A stretch of 18,367 nt of DNA, from the UHGV virus genome UHGV-1667981; one strand, given 5' to 3'. Each line of letters begins with the position of its first letter. Positions within the stretch are counted from its first letter, which is position 1. Below, piece after piece: positions 1 to 7,524 of the stretch. The notes below the pieces were generated by a model, which searched no databases, was not told where the DNA came from, and saw only the letters and a program-made list of their open reading frames with translations. Made by a program: the position numbers and the translations under genes. This stretch comes from a virus.

Positions 1-124
1 TCCGCACACTCGCGCAGAGGAGTTCCCCGTCGGGCTACGGTCATAGTTAATGCGGGAATACGGCGACGATGCAGCGCGGAATTTAGCGAGCGACCACGAT
101 CGCACACGAGAAACAAAGAGATTT

Positions 125-436
125 TTATACTGCAGAGGAACAAGCTGGCGGGTAATTCAGCGTAGTGAATACCGGCATCTCCATCTTGTATGCGTAATGA
201 TACTCAGCAGTTGCTCCAGCAGACGCTTTCCAGCCAGGAAGCATCAAAATAGCATCCGCACAACGAAGCATTGCAAAGCAAATATCCATGTATTCACGTT
301 GTGTCAGACCATTAGGCAAAGTGGCTGGATTCAAGACAGAGTGACCATGTCGTGACAAACGATCTGCCTCTTTATTAAAGGCGTCACGATTAAAGTTCTC
401 ATATCCCGTCATTGGCCCGGCAATATAAATTTTCAT
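125..436 (-). CDS. DUF4406 / nucleoside 2-deoxyribosyltransferase-like protein (103 aa)
   Basis: ORF track 125..436(-). N-terminal MKIYIAGPMTG...NFNRDAF...HSVLNP pattern recalled as typical of the DUF4406 nucleoside deoxyribosyltransferase-like family. No strong SD seen upstream. Family assignment is from memory of the motif, not a search. Confidence 0.55.
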   Translation of the reverse strand: MKIYIAGPMTGYENFNRDAFNKEADRLSRHGHSVLNPATLPNGLTQREYMDICFAMLRCADAILMLPGWKASAGATAEYHYAYKMEMPVFTTLNYPPACSSAV

Positions 437-477
437 TCACTATCCAACAAATTGAGTTCGTTTTTGATACAGAGGGA

Positions 478-945
478 TTAATTCAGGCATTGCGTCTTGA
501 TGTATTCTTGAAGCGTTCTCAGTGCTGTTTGGTCGCGGATAATTCCGTCCCGGATACCGAGAACGTTTCGTCCAGCAACTGGAGAGAGTTCGACGGTGGC
601 ATCATTGCCCATGCCGGAGGCGCTGGAGGTTTCGGCTGAGGATGGCACAGGGCATTTTCCTTTGACGAGCACCCTGCCACCATTATCAAGCTTGCGCCGA
701 AGAGCATCATTTTCAGCTTTCGCATCAGCTAACTCCTTCGTGTATTTAGCATCAAGTGCATCAGCATCACGCTGGCGCTGCTGCATGTCAGTAATGGTGG
801 CGGCCGCCTGCTTCAGTTCACTGACTTTTTTATCGCGCTGCTCTTTGTAGGTAATGGCGTTATCACGGTAATGATTAACAGCCCATGACAGGCAGACGAT
901 GATGCAGATAACCAGAGCGGAGATAATCGCGGTTACCCTGCTCAT
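478..945 (-). CDS. Rz-like i-spanin (lysis protein)
   Basis: ORF 478..957(-), but codon at 957 is GTG; in-frame ATG at 945 forms an ATGA overlap with the endolysin stop and follows a G-run. N-terminal hydrophobic anchor ([18 protein letters not shown]), then charged coiled-coil region, with a second ORF embedded in another frame, as in Rz/Rz1. Confidence 0.8.
   Translation of the reverse strand: MSRVTAIISALVICIIVCLSWAVNHYRDNAITYKEQRDKKVSELKQAAATITDMQQRQRDADALDAKYTKELADAKAENDALRRKLDNGGRVLVKGKCPVPSSAETSSASGMGNDATVELSPVAGRNVLGIRDGIIRDQTALRTLQEYIKTQCLN
519..725 (-). CDS. Rz1-like o-spanin lipoprotein, embedded within Rz in a different frame
   Basis: ORF 519..725(-) lies entirely inside the Rz ORF. 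19-aa signal ending in lipobox-like IMVAGC, followed by a proline-rich segment ([11 protein letters not shown]). Embedded architecture is characteristic of Rz1. Confidence 0.7.
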   Translation of the reverse strand: MRKLKMMLFGASLIMVAGCSSKENALCHPQPKPPAPPAWAMMPPSNSLQLLDETFSVSGTELSATKQH

Positions 946-1442
946 TGTTGCCCCCACAAACAGACCTCACGCTCAATCTCACGGCGAGTCATCAGCCCTT
1001 TCCATTGCTTACCGCCAGCGTATGTCCAGCGACGTAGCTGGTCACATGCGCCTTTGATATCGCCCTGGTTTATTTTGCGAAGAAGCGTCGATGTTCTGAA
1101 ATTGCCAGCCCCCACGTTGTAGACGAACGAGTAAAGAGCGCCGCGCGTTGTTTCCGGTATATCGACTTTGATGTACGGGTTAATTTGTCTGGCGACAGTG
1201 GCAAGGTCTTTATTCAGGAGAGCTTTGCATTCTGCTTCGGTATACGTTTTACCGAGCATGATGTCTTTTCCAGTGTGTCCGTAACATACAGTCCATACGC
1301 CAACAATATCTTTGTATGGTATGTAACTGACACCTTCCAGACCATCGTTACCACTTGGGCCAGTGATGAGCATAGACGCTATGGCAATAGCCCCGCCACC
1401 AATAGCAGCTGTGACAGCTTTGCGTAATGATGACTGCATCAT
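942..1442 (-). CDS. Phage endolysin, T4-lysozyme (GH24) fold with N-terminal SAR (signal-anchor-release) domain
   Basis: ORF 942..1442(-), 166 aa. Gly/Ala-rich weakly hydrophobic N-terminus ([20 protein letters not shown]) typical of SAR endolysins. Catalytic spacing E-x8-D-x5-T visible in [25 protein letters not shown]. 4-nt overlap with holin stop. Confidence 0.9.
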   Translation of the reverse strand: MMQSSLRKAVTAAIGGGAIAIASMLITGPSGNDGLEGVSYIPYKDIVGVWTVCYGHTGKDIMLGKTYTEAECKALLNKDLATVARQINPYIKVDIPETTRGALYSFVYNVGAGNFRTSTLLRKINQGDIKGACDQLRRWTYAGGKQWKGLMTRREIEREVCLWGQQ

Positions 1443-1711
1443 ATTTCCTTCGGTGCTCTCTTCCCCAGCTCTCCAATAACCATCGCTGTAGCAGAAAGAT
1501 TATTGGTATTAGTTTTATCCAATATGTCCTGCAATATCTTCGTGCGCTTCATCTGCTCGCGTTTATTGAGCCGGTATGTAAGCACACCGAGGATAATGCT
1601 GAACGCGACACCGATAATGAAGCCCCAATCCTGCAATGACAGGCTGGCAAAGAACGCAGCAAGACCAGCGCTACCATAAGATGCACTGCTGTATCGTTCA
1701 TCCATCTTCAT
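1439..1711 (-). CDS. Holin (pinholin-like, two predicted TM segments)
   Basis: ORF 1439..1711(-), 90 aa. Two hydrophobic stretches ([12 protein letters not shown] and [16 protein letters not shown]) then charged C-terminus. GAGG SD about 9 nt upstream of ATG. Sits immediately upstream of the endolysin with overlapping stop/start. Confidence 0.75.
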   Translation of the reverse strand: MKMDERYSSASYGSAGLAAFFASLSLQDWGFIIGVAFSIILGVLTYRLNKREQMKRTKILQDILDKTNTNNLSATAMVIGELGKRAPKEI

Positions 1712-1806
1712 ATCTCTTACCTCGCAATAGTTGCTGAGGTTTCGGCTTGGAAACTATATGGCGAAAATAACCCCTACCAAAAACGGCAGGGGAATATATT
1801 CTCCAG

Positions 1807-2928
1807 TTACTCAAATAACTTTTTCACTTCATCAACTGTCTGAAGATAACGTTCGCCCTCAATCTCAATACCTATTGCCTGACGTCCTAACTTCAGCGCA
1901 GCTTTAATAGTTGAGCCTGATCCCATAAAGAAATCGGCAACGATATCTCCGGGGCGTGAACTACTCTTTATAATATGTTCCATCATCGCTGCAGGTTTTT
2001 CACATGGGTGCTTGCCAGGATAATATTGCACAGGAGGAAACTCCCATACATCGGTATAAGGTACATCAGCAGTAACATGAAATGGACGGCGTAAATTTTC
2101 ATACTGAGCCTTCAAATCATCATACTGCTTCTTTACTTCCTCATAATGCAATTTCAGATCGCTATAACGCTTTTCATGTTCTGAATAATCAACATTAAAA
2201 GGATATGGACACGGGACACCGAGTGAATCTGCCTTCCTGCGAAATAATTCGCATAGTTTATTAAAATCAATTAATGATGGAAGCCGCCACTGCGAATAAG
2301 AAAACCAGTGTGAACACATCTGCTTTCCTGTCGCTGAATTAATGTCTGCGGCTGATATATCTAACTGACGGCGAGCCAGCGAAAAAGCATCAATTAGTGG
2401 AGAAAAAATATTTTTTCTTAAATCTGCACATTTTGAAGCATAACCTGACTGACCTTTAGCATAACCTGACGCGCCGTAATGCTCTGCAAATAATATTCTT
2501 TCAGTAGCAGGAAAATAAGCCCTTAAACTTTCTTTATGACAACCGCGCCACATACCACTGGGTTTAGCCCAAATGATATGGTTCAGAACATTGAAACGGT
2601 CGCGAGTTAATAATTCAATTTTTGACGCAAGGCGAGAGCCGGTAAACATATACAGGCTGCCATTAGGGGCCAATATCCGCCAAAATTCTGCCAAAAATTC
2701 GTCAATCCACCCCAAAAAGTCAGCATCGCTATCCCACTGGTTATCCCATGCGTTAGCCTTTACGCCGAAGTATGGTGGGTCTGTTGCAATCAAATTGACC
2801 GAGTTATCAGGGATGGTTTTGATAAATTGCAGAGAATCTGCGCAAACGAGTTGTGCGCCATGAATATTAGTGGTTTTGAACATAGCTATTATTTTTTTGC
2901 CTGGGTAAGCTAACCCGGCGATGCGCAT
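1807..2928 (-). CDS. DNA methyltransferase, N6-adenine/N4-cytosine family (beta-class motif order)
   Basis: ORF 1807..2928(-), 373 aa. DPPY catalytic motif (IATDPPYF) near the N-terminus and AdoMet-binding FxGxG motif (DFFMGSGST) near the C-terminus. Start codon uncertain (alternative internal Met at MFKTTNIH). No adjacent restriction endonuclease gene seen, so it appears orphan. Confidence 0.85.
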   Translation of the reverse strand: MRIAGLAYPGKKIIAMFKTTNIHGAQLVCADSLQFIKTIPDNSVNLIATDPPYFGVKANAWDNQWDSDADFLGWIDEFLAEFWRILAPNGSLYMFTGSRLASKIELLTRDRFNVLNHIIWAKPSGMWRGCHKESLRAYFPATERILFAEHYGASGYAKGQSGYASKCADLRKNIFSPLIDAFSLARRQLDISAADINSATGKQMCSHWFSYSQWRLPSLIDFNKLCELFRRKADSLGVPCPYPFNVDYSEHEKRYSDLKLHYEEVKKQYDDLKAQYENLRRPFHVTADVPYTDVWEFPPVQYYPGKHPCEKPAAMMEHIIKSSSRPGDIVADFFMGSGSTIKAALKLGRQAIGIEIEGERYLQTVDEVKKLFE

Positions 2929-3018
2929 CGCGGGTGGGCTTTAGGTTCAGCCTATAGCTCTGGCATGGGTTGACCGCAGGACAAGCTGCAACTTGTCCTG
3001 CGCCCACTTTTCAGGCAC

Positions 3019-3040
3019 AAAAAAACCGCCATAAAGGCGG
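3019..3040 (-). terminator. Intrinsic terminator (minus strand): 5-bp GC stem CCGCC/GGCGG with 5-nt loop followed by U7
   Basis: Plus strand 3019-3040 is aaaaaaa-ccgcc-ataaa-ggcgg; on the minus strand this is a hairpin followed by 7 T. Lies between the small upstream minus-strand genes and the methylase-lysis block. Confidence 0.5.
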
Positions 3041-3127
3041 CTTGTTGGCTGTTGGGTACAAAAAACCCAACTTAACAAAACAATAACTAAAAACCGTCAT
3101 TTTGCCAAGCTTTTTCGTTTTTGTGCT

Positions 3128-3145
3128 GTGCGACCGTGGTCGCAC
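3128..3145. repeat. 18-bp palindrome GTGCGACC-GT-GGTCGCAC (copy 1 of 3); candidate SopB/ParB-type centromere site
   Basis: Perfect 8-bp inverted arms with 2-bp spacer; arms extend to 11 bp here (3125..3148). Same 18-mer recurs at 7507..7524 and, with 7-bp arms, at 9950..9965. Resembles the F-plasmid sopC core TGGGACC-AC-GGTCCCA as recalled. Confidence 0.5.
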
Positions 3146-3150
3146 AGCTT

Positions 3151-3378
3151 TTAGAAAGTTGCCTGCTTATATTCATCGGTCAAAGAATATCGACCAGATC
3201 CGCTACGCTTTGCAACCCCAAAACAGATCATCTGTTCGATGATAAATTCAACGGCAGCTTGACTCAAAAAACAGGCTTCGCTTAACTCTTTCAGGGAAAT
3301 GTGTGGGTATCCACGCATAACACATTCCACACTCAGGGCCGCTTCAGTCATATTTCCACGAATTTCATTAATATTCAT
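3151..3378 (-). CDS. Hypothetical small protein (75 aa)
   Basis: ORF track 3151..3378(-); no recognisable motif. Positioned upstream of the hairpin-rich control region. Confidence 0.45.
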   Translation of the reverse strand: MNINEIRGNMTEAALSVECVMRGYPHISLKELSEACFLSQAAVEFIIEQMICFGVAKRSGSGRYSLTDEYKQATF

Positions 3379-3391
3379 AACGCCTCTCTAA

Positions 3392-3613
3392 TCAATCTTG
3401 AAACTGGAAATCAACATCAGCCATAAAGCGGTTCAACTCAGCCAGTTTTGGCCCCATAGTCCCAACTAAGCGACCAGCCAGTCGGTCTGTTAGGTTGGTA
3501 CTGTTGAAACCATATTCCTTTTCGAAACGTTCAACCTTCTGCCACAACTCATACAGTTCGTTAGCTATCTCCGCAACGTCGCCGCGCATTTTTTCGTTAC
3601 CTTGATAATTCAT
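3392..3613 (-). CDS. Hypothetical small protein (73 aa from second Met)
   Basis: ORF 3392..3631(-); the in-frame ATG at 3613 is preceded by GGAGGG with a 4-nt spacer, so the shorter start is favoured. No recognisable domain. Confidence 0.5.
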   Translation of the reverse strand: MNYQGNEKMRGDVAEIANELYELWQKVERFEKEYGFNSTNLTDRLAGRLVGTMGPKLAELNRFMADVDFQFQD

Positions 3614-3778
3614 AATACCCTCCAAATTCATATAGTTAGTGGGTTATTGCCCCTCAATGACACGAACTGTAACTCTGCCAAACGAACACATCCAGTGTTA
3701 TTTTTCGCTTTTTAATGAAATTTTTAATTTGCGTTGTTTTCTTGTTTTGGTGTATTTTATGGATGTGGAGGCTATAAT

Positions 3779-4090
3779 ATGTTTAACGTGATAACCCACC
3801 CTGCAGCACTGGATGAACTGCTTGAACTACCAGATGATTTGCGAGGTCGCATGGCCAGATTAATTGAGCGACTGGAGAAAGAAGGCAACAAACTGAAGAT
3901 GCCCCATAGCCGTGTAATAGGTGGAGGGCTTTTTGAACTACGAGTAGGGGATAAAAACATCGCAAGAACGCTGTACGCCTACGCGACTGGTAACGAAATT
4001 TATCTATTGCATGCATTTGTAAAAAAGACACAGAAAACACCGGTGAAGGCTATCGAAATCGCCAGAACTCGCCTGAAGGAGATGAACTGA
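3779..4090 (+). CDS. Type II toxin, RelE/ParE superfamily, HigB-like (Gp49-like)
   Basis: ORF 3734..4090(+); favoured start ATG 3779 with GGAGG SD 8 nt upstream. Motifs GGGLFELRV and LLHAFVKKTQKTP are recalled as typical of HigB/Gp49-like toxins. Toxin-first order, stop overlaps antitoxin start (TGATG). Confidence 0.8.
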   Translation: MFNVITHPAALDELLELPDDLRGRMARLIERLEKEGNKLKMPHSRVIGGGLFELRVGDKNIARTLYAYATGNEIYLLHAFVKKTQKTPVKAIEIARTRLKEMN

Positions 4091-4377
4091 TGAAAGCGAA
4101 AGGCATCCCGTTTAACGAAGTAAAAGAAAAACTCCTCAACACTCCAGAAGCCGTCAAAGGATATGAAGAGGCCGACAAAGAGCTGGAGATGGTCGAAATG
4201 TTATACGAAATGAGGGAAAGAGCAGGTTTAACGAAATCAGCTCTGGCTGAACGAATGGGGTTACGACCGTCAGCCATCAGCCGCCTGGAAAGCAATCCTT
4301 TAGGGGCAAGTATGAAAACTTTGGCTAAATATGCTCATGCCTGCGGCGCAGCCATCGATATTCGCGCTGTTTATTAA
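4090..4377 (+). CDS. HTH (XRE-family) antitoxin, HigA-like
   Basis: ORF 4090..4377(+), 95 aa. Helix-turn-helix segment LTKSALAERMGLRPSAISRLE. AAGGAG SD 8 nt upstream. Translationally coupled to the upstream toxin. Confidence 0.85.
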   Translation: MKAKGIPFNEVKEKLLNTPEAVKGYEEADKELEMVEMLYEMRERAGLTKSALAERMGLRPSAISRLESNPLGASMKTLAKYAHACGAAIDIRAVY

Positions 4378-4393
4378 TTAGACTCTTTTACTA

Positions 4394-4413
4394 CCCCGTC
4401 CAGAAGGGCGGGG
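4394..4413. other. GC-rich hairpin between convergent genes (8-bp stem with one G-U, AGAA loop); possible non-canonical terminator
   Basis: ccccgtcc-agaa-gggcgggg. No U-tract on either side, so not a canonical intrinsic terminator. Confidence 0.3.
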
Positions 4414-4419
4414 TGTGCA

Positions 4420-4623
4420 TCAATGATGTGAACGCTCAACAGCGATAGTTTTCTGACAATGCTGGGCAATCTCTCGCGACATGTTGATGAGTCGTGAAAC
4501 CTCACCAATATGTAGGCTGGCTTCTGGAGAAGCCAGGGTGACGCTAACCAGATCCAGAATGGCGTCAATATCTCTTAAATTTGAATCGAGTTGTTCAAGA
4601 GTTGATACGGCTGCTTCAGACAT
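4420..4623 (-). CDS. Small protein (67 aa) downstream of a LexA box; candidate SOS-inducible antirepressor
   Basis: ORF 4420..4623(-). A CTGT-N8-ACAG LexA box lies 37-56 bp upstream of the start and overlaps a candidate -10. Function is inferred from context only; no sequence family recognised. Confidence 0.5.
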   Translation of the reverse strand: MSEAAVSTLEQLDSNLRDIDAILDLVSVTLASPEASLHIGEVSRLINMSREIAQHCQKTIAVERSHH

Positions 4624-4659
4624 TAAATCTCATACCATTTAACTAAAAAAGGTTGTTTG

Positions 4660-4679
4660 TACTGTATAAAATTACAGGG
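4660..4679. promoter_or_regulatory. LexA (SOS) box tACTGTATAAAATTACAGgg
   Basis: Both CTGT and ACAG half-sites intact with an AT-rich 8-bp spacer; 15/20 matches to the TACTGTATATATATACAGTA consensus by eye. Overlaps a candidate promoter (TTGAGT-17-TACAGT on the minus strand) for the 4420..4623 gene. Confidence 0.6.
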
Positions 4680-4705
4680 TAAAACTCAAACTTTACGGTC
4701 AATTT

Positions 4706-4948
4706 TCAATGAATTAACTGCGTAAACTGCTGTGTGGCCCGATACTTATGCTCTCTCCCTATGCCACGATCAACTTTCTCAAGAAGTCCAGTACGGACAG
4801 CAGAATCAAGCATCCTTTTAACAATTCTGCTATTTAACCCAACATCAAAAGCAAGCATCGAAGCGAAAACAAACCCATCACCACCATCAGAAAAGCTCTT
4901 TTCGCTCCGTTTTCGTATCATTTCAAAAAGCAATGCCTTTTTATCCAT
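4706..4948 (-). CDS. Hypothetical small protein (80 aa), possibly DNA-binding
   Basis: ORF 4706..4948(-). GGAGGG SD 4 nt upstream of ATG, immediately preceded by the CGTGACCAGTCACG palindrome. DNA-binding role is a guess. Confidence 0.5.
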   Translation of the reverse strand: MDKKALLFEMIRKRSEKSFSDGGDGFVFASMLAFDVGLNSRIVKRMLDSAVRTGLLEKVDRGIGREHKYRATQQFTQLIH

Positions 4949-4956
4949 TTATCCCT

Positions 4957-4971
4957 CCGTGACCAGTCACG
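4957..4971. promoter_or_regulatory. Palindrome CCGTGAC-CA-GTCACG (copy 1 of 2); candidate regulator binding site
   Basis: 14-bp core CGTGACCAGTCACG; its reverse complement CGTGACTGGTCACG recurs at 14594..14607 inside a longer 20-bp palindrome. Sits directly upstream of the SD of the 4706..4948 gene. Confidence 0.35.
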
Positions 4972-5293
4972 CTTTGAGCGCAAGTTTCAGCCTCGTGGTT
5001 GTAAGGTGGCATGACCCTTCGCCATCAAAAATGCATTCTGAAACAGGCATTTTTTGACCACATCGTGGGCAAGTAGTAGATAGCTGCTTCTGCAGCTCCT
5101 TATAGTTTTTCCTGATCAACAAACCAATGACTTCGTTCTCCGAATATGGAACTCGCCCTGGTCTACGCAATACACAAATTTCCCCCAACATACGTAACTC
5201 GTCAGGTTCTAGAATCCAGTCCCGTCTTGATGTGCCTTCCTTCTTCAACCGTTCCCTGCGTCTCCTTTGCCGTTCTGCCGGTGTCAGCGCCAT
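4967..5293 (-). CDS. Hypothetical protein (108 aa) with Arg-rich N-terminus and CPRCG...C..H putative zinc-binding cluster
   Basis: ORF track 4967..5293(-); QRRRRERLKK then CPRCGQ...SECIFDGEGSCH. No confident family assignment. Confidence 0.5.
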   Translation of the reverse strand: MALTPAERQRRRRERLKKEGTSRRDWILEPDELRMLGEICVLRRPGRVPYSENEVIGLLIRKNYKELQKQLSTTCPRCGQKMPVSECIFDGEGSCHLTTTRLKLALKA

Positions 5294-5308
5294 AAATCCT
5301 CCTGAAAA

Positions 5309-5968
5309 TTACTTAACCCAATTAACTACACCGCCAGCGGCCACAACCGCCCTTTCACAGTCACGCTCATATCTCAAAGGTTGAAATACACCATCAATAA
5401 AATATTTATCTCCACCAAACGTTGCAGGAAGTGAAACAGAAAACTGAACATGACCATCCGGAGTTACCGGAGAGTTGCCAGCCTCATACGCGACCCTTAT
5501 CCAGTGCATAAACATTTCAGTACTTACACATCCACAATCAACATCAATTTTGTCATGCTGCTGTTCCAGCCATTGCTCAAAAGTTAACTTGTAAGTTTGG
5601 CTTACAGGTTTGGCTTCCAGTTCTGCTACGCGCTGTTTTGCAGCATCCAGTTCAATCGACAATTTTTCCAACTGCTCTTTATGCTTCTTGTATTCCTGAT
5701 ATGCGTGCCAGGACTGACCTTTGCGCACACTATCAGTAATATCAGTAATCTGTTCTGGTGTTAGCGTAGTCAGTGGCTGTGCTGGGAAAATCAGCACTTT
5801 CCCGGAATCCCAATCAAAACCAGCGTGAATTGACTGAACCTCAACTGAGGGTGTTGAACCAATGCTGCCAGGCGAATGAATAACGATTGTTACATCCATA
5901 TCGCGACGATGGCTGTGGTTGTTGGACAAAATACGATTCACCAACTCAGAAAATTTGGAAAATTTCAT
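5309..5968 (-). CDS. Hypothetical protein (219 aa) with central coiled-coil segment
   Basis: ORF track 5309..5968(-); KEQLEKLSIELDAAKQRVAELEA heptad-like segment. Overlaps the upstream gene's stop (5965..5968), suggesting translational coupling. Confidence 0.55.
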   Translation of the reverse strand: MKFSKFSELVNRILSNNHSHRRDMDVTIVIHSPGSIGSTPSVEVQSIHAGFDWDSGKVLIFPAQPLTTLTPEQITDITDSVRKGQSWHAYQEYKKHKEQLEKLSIELDAAKQRVAELEAKPVSQTYKLTFEQWLEQQHDKIDVDCGCVSTEMFMHWIRVAYEAGNSPVTPDGHVQFSVSLPATFGGDKYFIDGVFQPLRYERDCERAVVAAGGVVNWVK

Positions 5969-6255
5969 GCTGATTCCCCTTTCTCTGCTCTCTCCTGTCG
6001 GAACATCACTATCATCAGGTCGCCTTTTGTCGCTATCTTGGCTGTTGTGCCTGGCTCAATGCGGCTAAGTTCAAATGCGTCATAGAACGCCTCTAACACT
6101 TTCTGGCGTCTTTCCTGTTTGCGGTGCTTTCCCCACTGCTTTAGAAAAACAGAGGCCGCCCACTTCCCCGCACTGAACATGATGTAAAACCAACCGAGAA
6201 GTGCCAGACCGATATTTAGGGCCGTATCGATCGTTATCGTGGTGTCGATATTCAC
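5965..6255 (-). CDS. Hypothetical small membrane protein (96 aa, one N-terminal TM helix)
   Basis: ORF track 5965..6255(-); hydrophobic LNIGLALLGWFYIMF followed by a charged tail. Start overlaps the upstream gene's stop. Confidence 0.45.
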   Translation of the reverse strand: MNIDTTITIDTALNIGLALLGWFYIMFSAGKWAASVFLKQWGKHRKQERRQKVLEAFYDAFELSRIEPGTTAKIATKGDLMIVMFRQERAEKGESA

Positions 6256-6674
6256 TACGCCACCTCCTGTAAATTTCCCTGATAAAAAGCCAGCACACGC
6301 TGCATAACTTCACTTTTCCGGCAATCGTGACAAATCATGTTCAAGCGCCTGTCGTAACGACGTATTTCTCCGTCAGGTAATGACCAGATAAGGTCTGGAT
6401 CAACCACTACCGATTTCTTCGGCTTTACTCTTGATAGTTTTTTACGGGCGTTTTGCCAGTCCTTGCGTGCTTGTGCAGACAGAAATATCCCGGAGCCAGA
6501 GATATACAAATCACCACTGGCAGCAAGCTCTCTTGATAAACGACTAACAGCACACCGGCTAATACCAGTTTCATCCGCAAGTTGCCTAACCGTTCCTCGT
6601 CCATTCAGGCGCACGAATTCCACAATTTGTTTATTCAGTTCTTCCCTCTGTTCTGGTGTAAAAGCCTTTGCCAT
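6255..6674 (-). CDS. Hypothetical DNA-binding protein (139 aa) with N-terminal HTH and CHDC motif
   Basis: ORF track 6255..6674(-); HTH-like segment TVRQLADETGISRCAVSRLSRELA. Start overlaps the exonuclease gene stop at 6674. Confidence 0.55.
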   Translation of the reverse strand: MAKAFTPEQREELNKQIVEFVRLNGRGTVRQLADETGISRCAVSRLSRELAASGDLYISGSGIFLSAQARKDWQNARKKLSRVKPKKSVVVDPDLIWSLPDGEIRRYDRRLNMICHDCRKSEVMQRVLAFYQGNLQEVA

Positions 6675-7273
6675 TACGATTCTCCTTGCCCTTTTACAAG
6701 ACGGGAGAAAATTGCGGATACATATTTAGCCTGATGAATAGCATCAGCCAGGGCATTGTGTCGTTCGCCATCAAATGGCATATCTTTTTTAGGATTAAAA
6801 CCAATAAACTGACCAAGATTAACGATTGTTCGAACATCCTGATCATTAAAATATTCCCATGGACAGGCTAAGCCAACGCGCTCATAAGCACCGCGTAAAA
6901 TTACATTATCGAACGTTGCTCCATTTCCCCATACTTTCAACTTTTTTAAATTACATGCATGGCAAGTAATAAAGTGTGATAATTCAAAAAGTGCATCATT
7001 AATATCAAGGGCATCATTAGTACAAATAGCGGCTCTGGCTTCCTTGCTCTGTTTCAACCACCATAAAATGGTATCACCATCGGCGATACCACCATTCAAC
7101 ATCGAGCTTCTGAGATTCACTGGCACATAAAAAGTAGGACCTAATTCCTCACTTTCTGGAGAAAAAAACACTGCCCCGATAGAAACAATTGGAGCACATG
7201 TGTTAGTACCCATTGTTTCAAGGTCAATCATTACATCAGACCGTTTCCTGTCGTAAATAATCTGATTAGTCAC
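6674..7273 (-). CDS. DEDDh-type 3'-5' exonuclease (DnaQ-like fold)
   Basis: ORF 6674..7273(-), 199 aa; GTG start with GAGGAG SD 8 nt upstream. Exo I-like motif MIDLETMG (D-x-E) and C-terminal H-x4-D (ERHNALADAIH). Confidence 0.7.
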   Translation of the reverse strand: MTNQIIYDRKRSDVMIDLETMGTNTCAPIVSIGAVFFSPESEELGPTFYVPVNLRSSMLNGGIADGDTILWWLKQSKEARAAICTNDALDINDALFELSHFITCHACNLKKLKVWGNGATFDNVILRGAYERVGLACPWEYFNDQDVRTIVNLGQFIGFNPKKDMPFDGERHNALADAIHQAKYVSAIFSRLVKGQGES

Positions 7274-7296
7274 GAATAATTCTCCTCAACGTTTAT

Positions 7297-7524
7297 CTAT
7301 ACCCAAATTTTCTGTTGATATGTTCTGGATGGTTTTGGCGTTCTTTCTGATTCAGGTAAATGAACATAAACACAATATCCATCACCTAAAAAATCAGAAC
7401 GAACAACCAGAACTTTCTTACCACGCCGCCGATAAGTATCTGAAAGACGCTCTGCTTCATCATGCGTCATCGGCCCCTGCTTAAATGGCGTTATTTTCAT
7501 TTTCTTGTGCGACCACGGTCGCAC
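7297..7524 (-). CDS. Hypothetical small protein; start codon ambiguous (7524, 7500 or 7470)
   Basis: ORF track 7297..7524(-). The longest version overlaps the 3' end of the 7481..7801 ORF and the palindrome at 7507..7524; a shorter start at 7470 (MTHDEAERL, preceded by AGGGG) avoids the overlap. Confidence 0.3.
   Translation of the reverse strand: MRPWSHKKMKITPFKQGPMTHDEAERLSDTYRRRGKKVLVVRSDFLGDGYCVYVHLPESERTPKPSRTYQQKIWV

Noticed and set aside
50-355. Plus-strand ORF (101 aa) at the window start
   Set aside because: Lies antisense to the better-supported DUF4406-like gene (125..436, minus), has no SD and an unremarkable composition. Likely a shadow ORF.
412-850. Plus-strand ORFs 412..639 and 596..850
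   Set aside because: Antisense to the Rz/Rz1 spanin genes; low-complexity Ala/Ser-rich translations typical of frames opposite real genes.
4374-4568. Alternative minus-strand ORF overlapping the 4420..4623 gene
   Set aside because: Different frame of the same region; the 4420..4623 frame starts next to the LexA-box promoter, so that one was kept.
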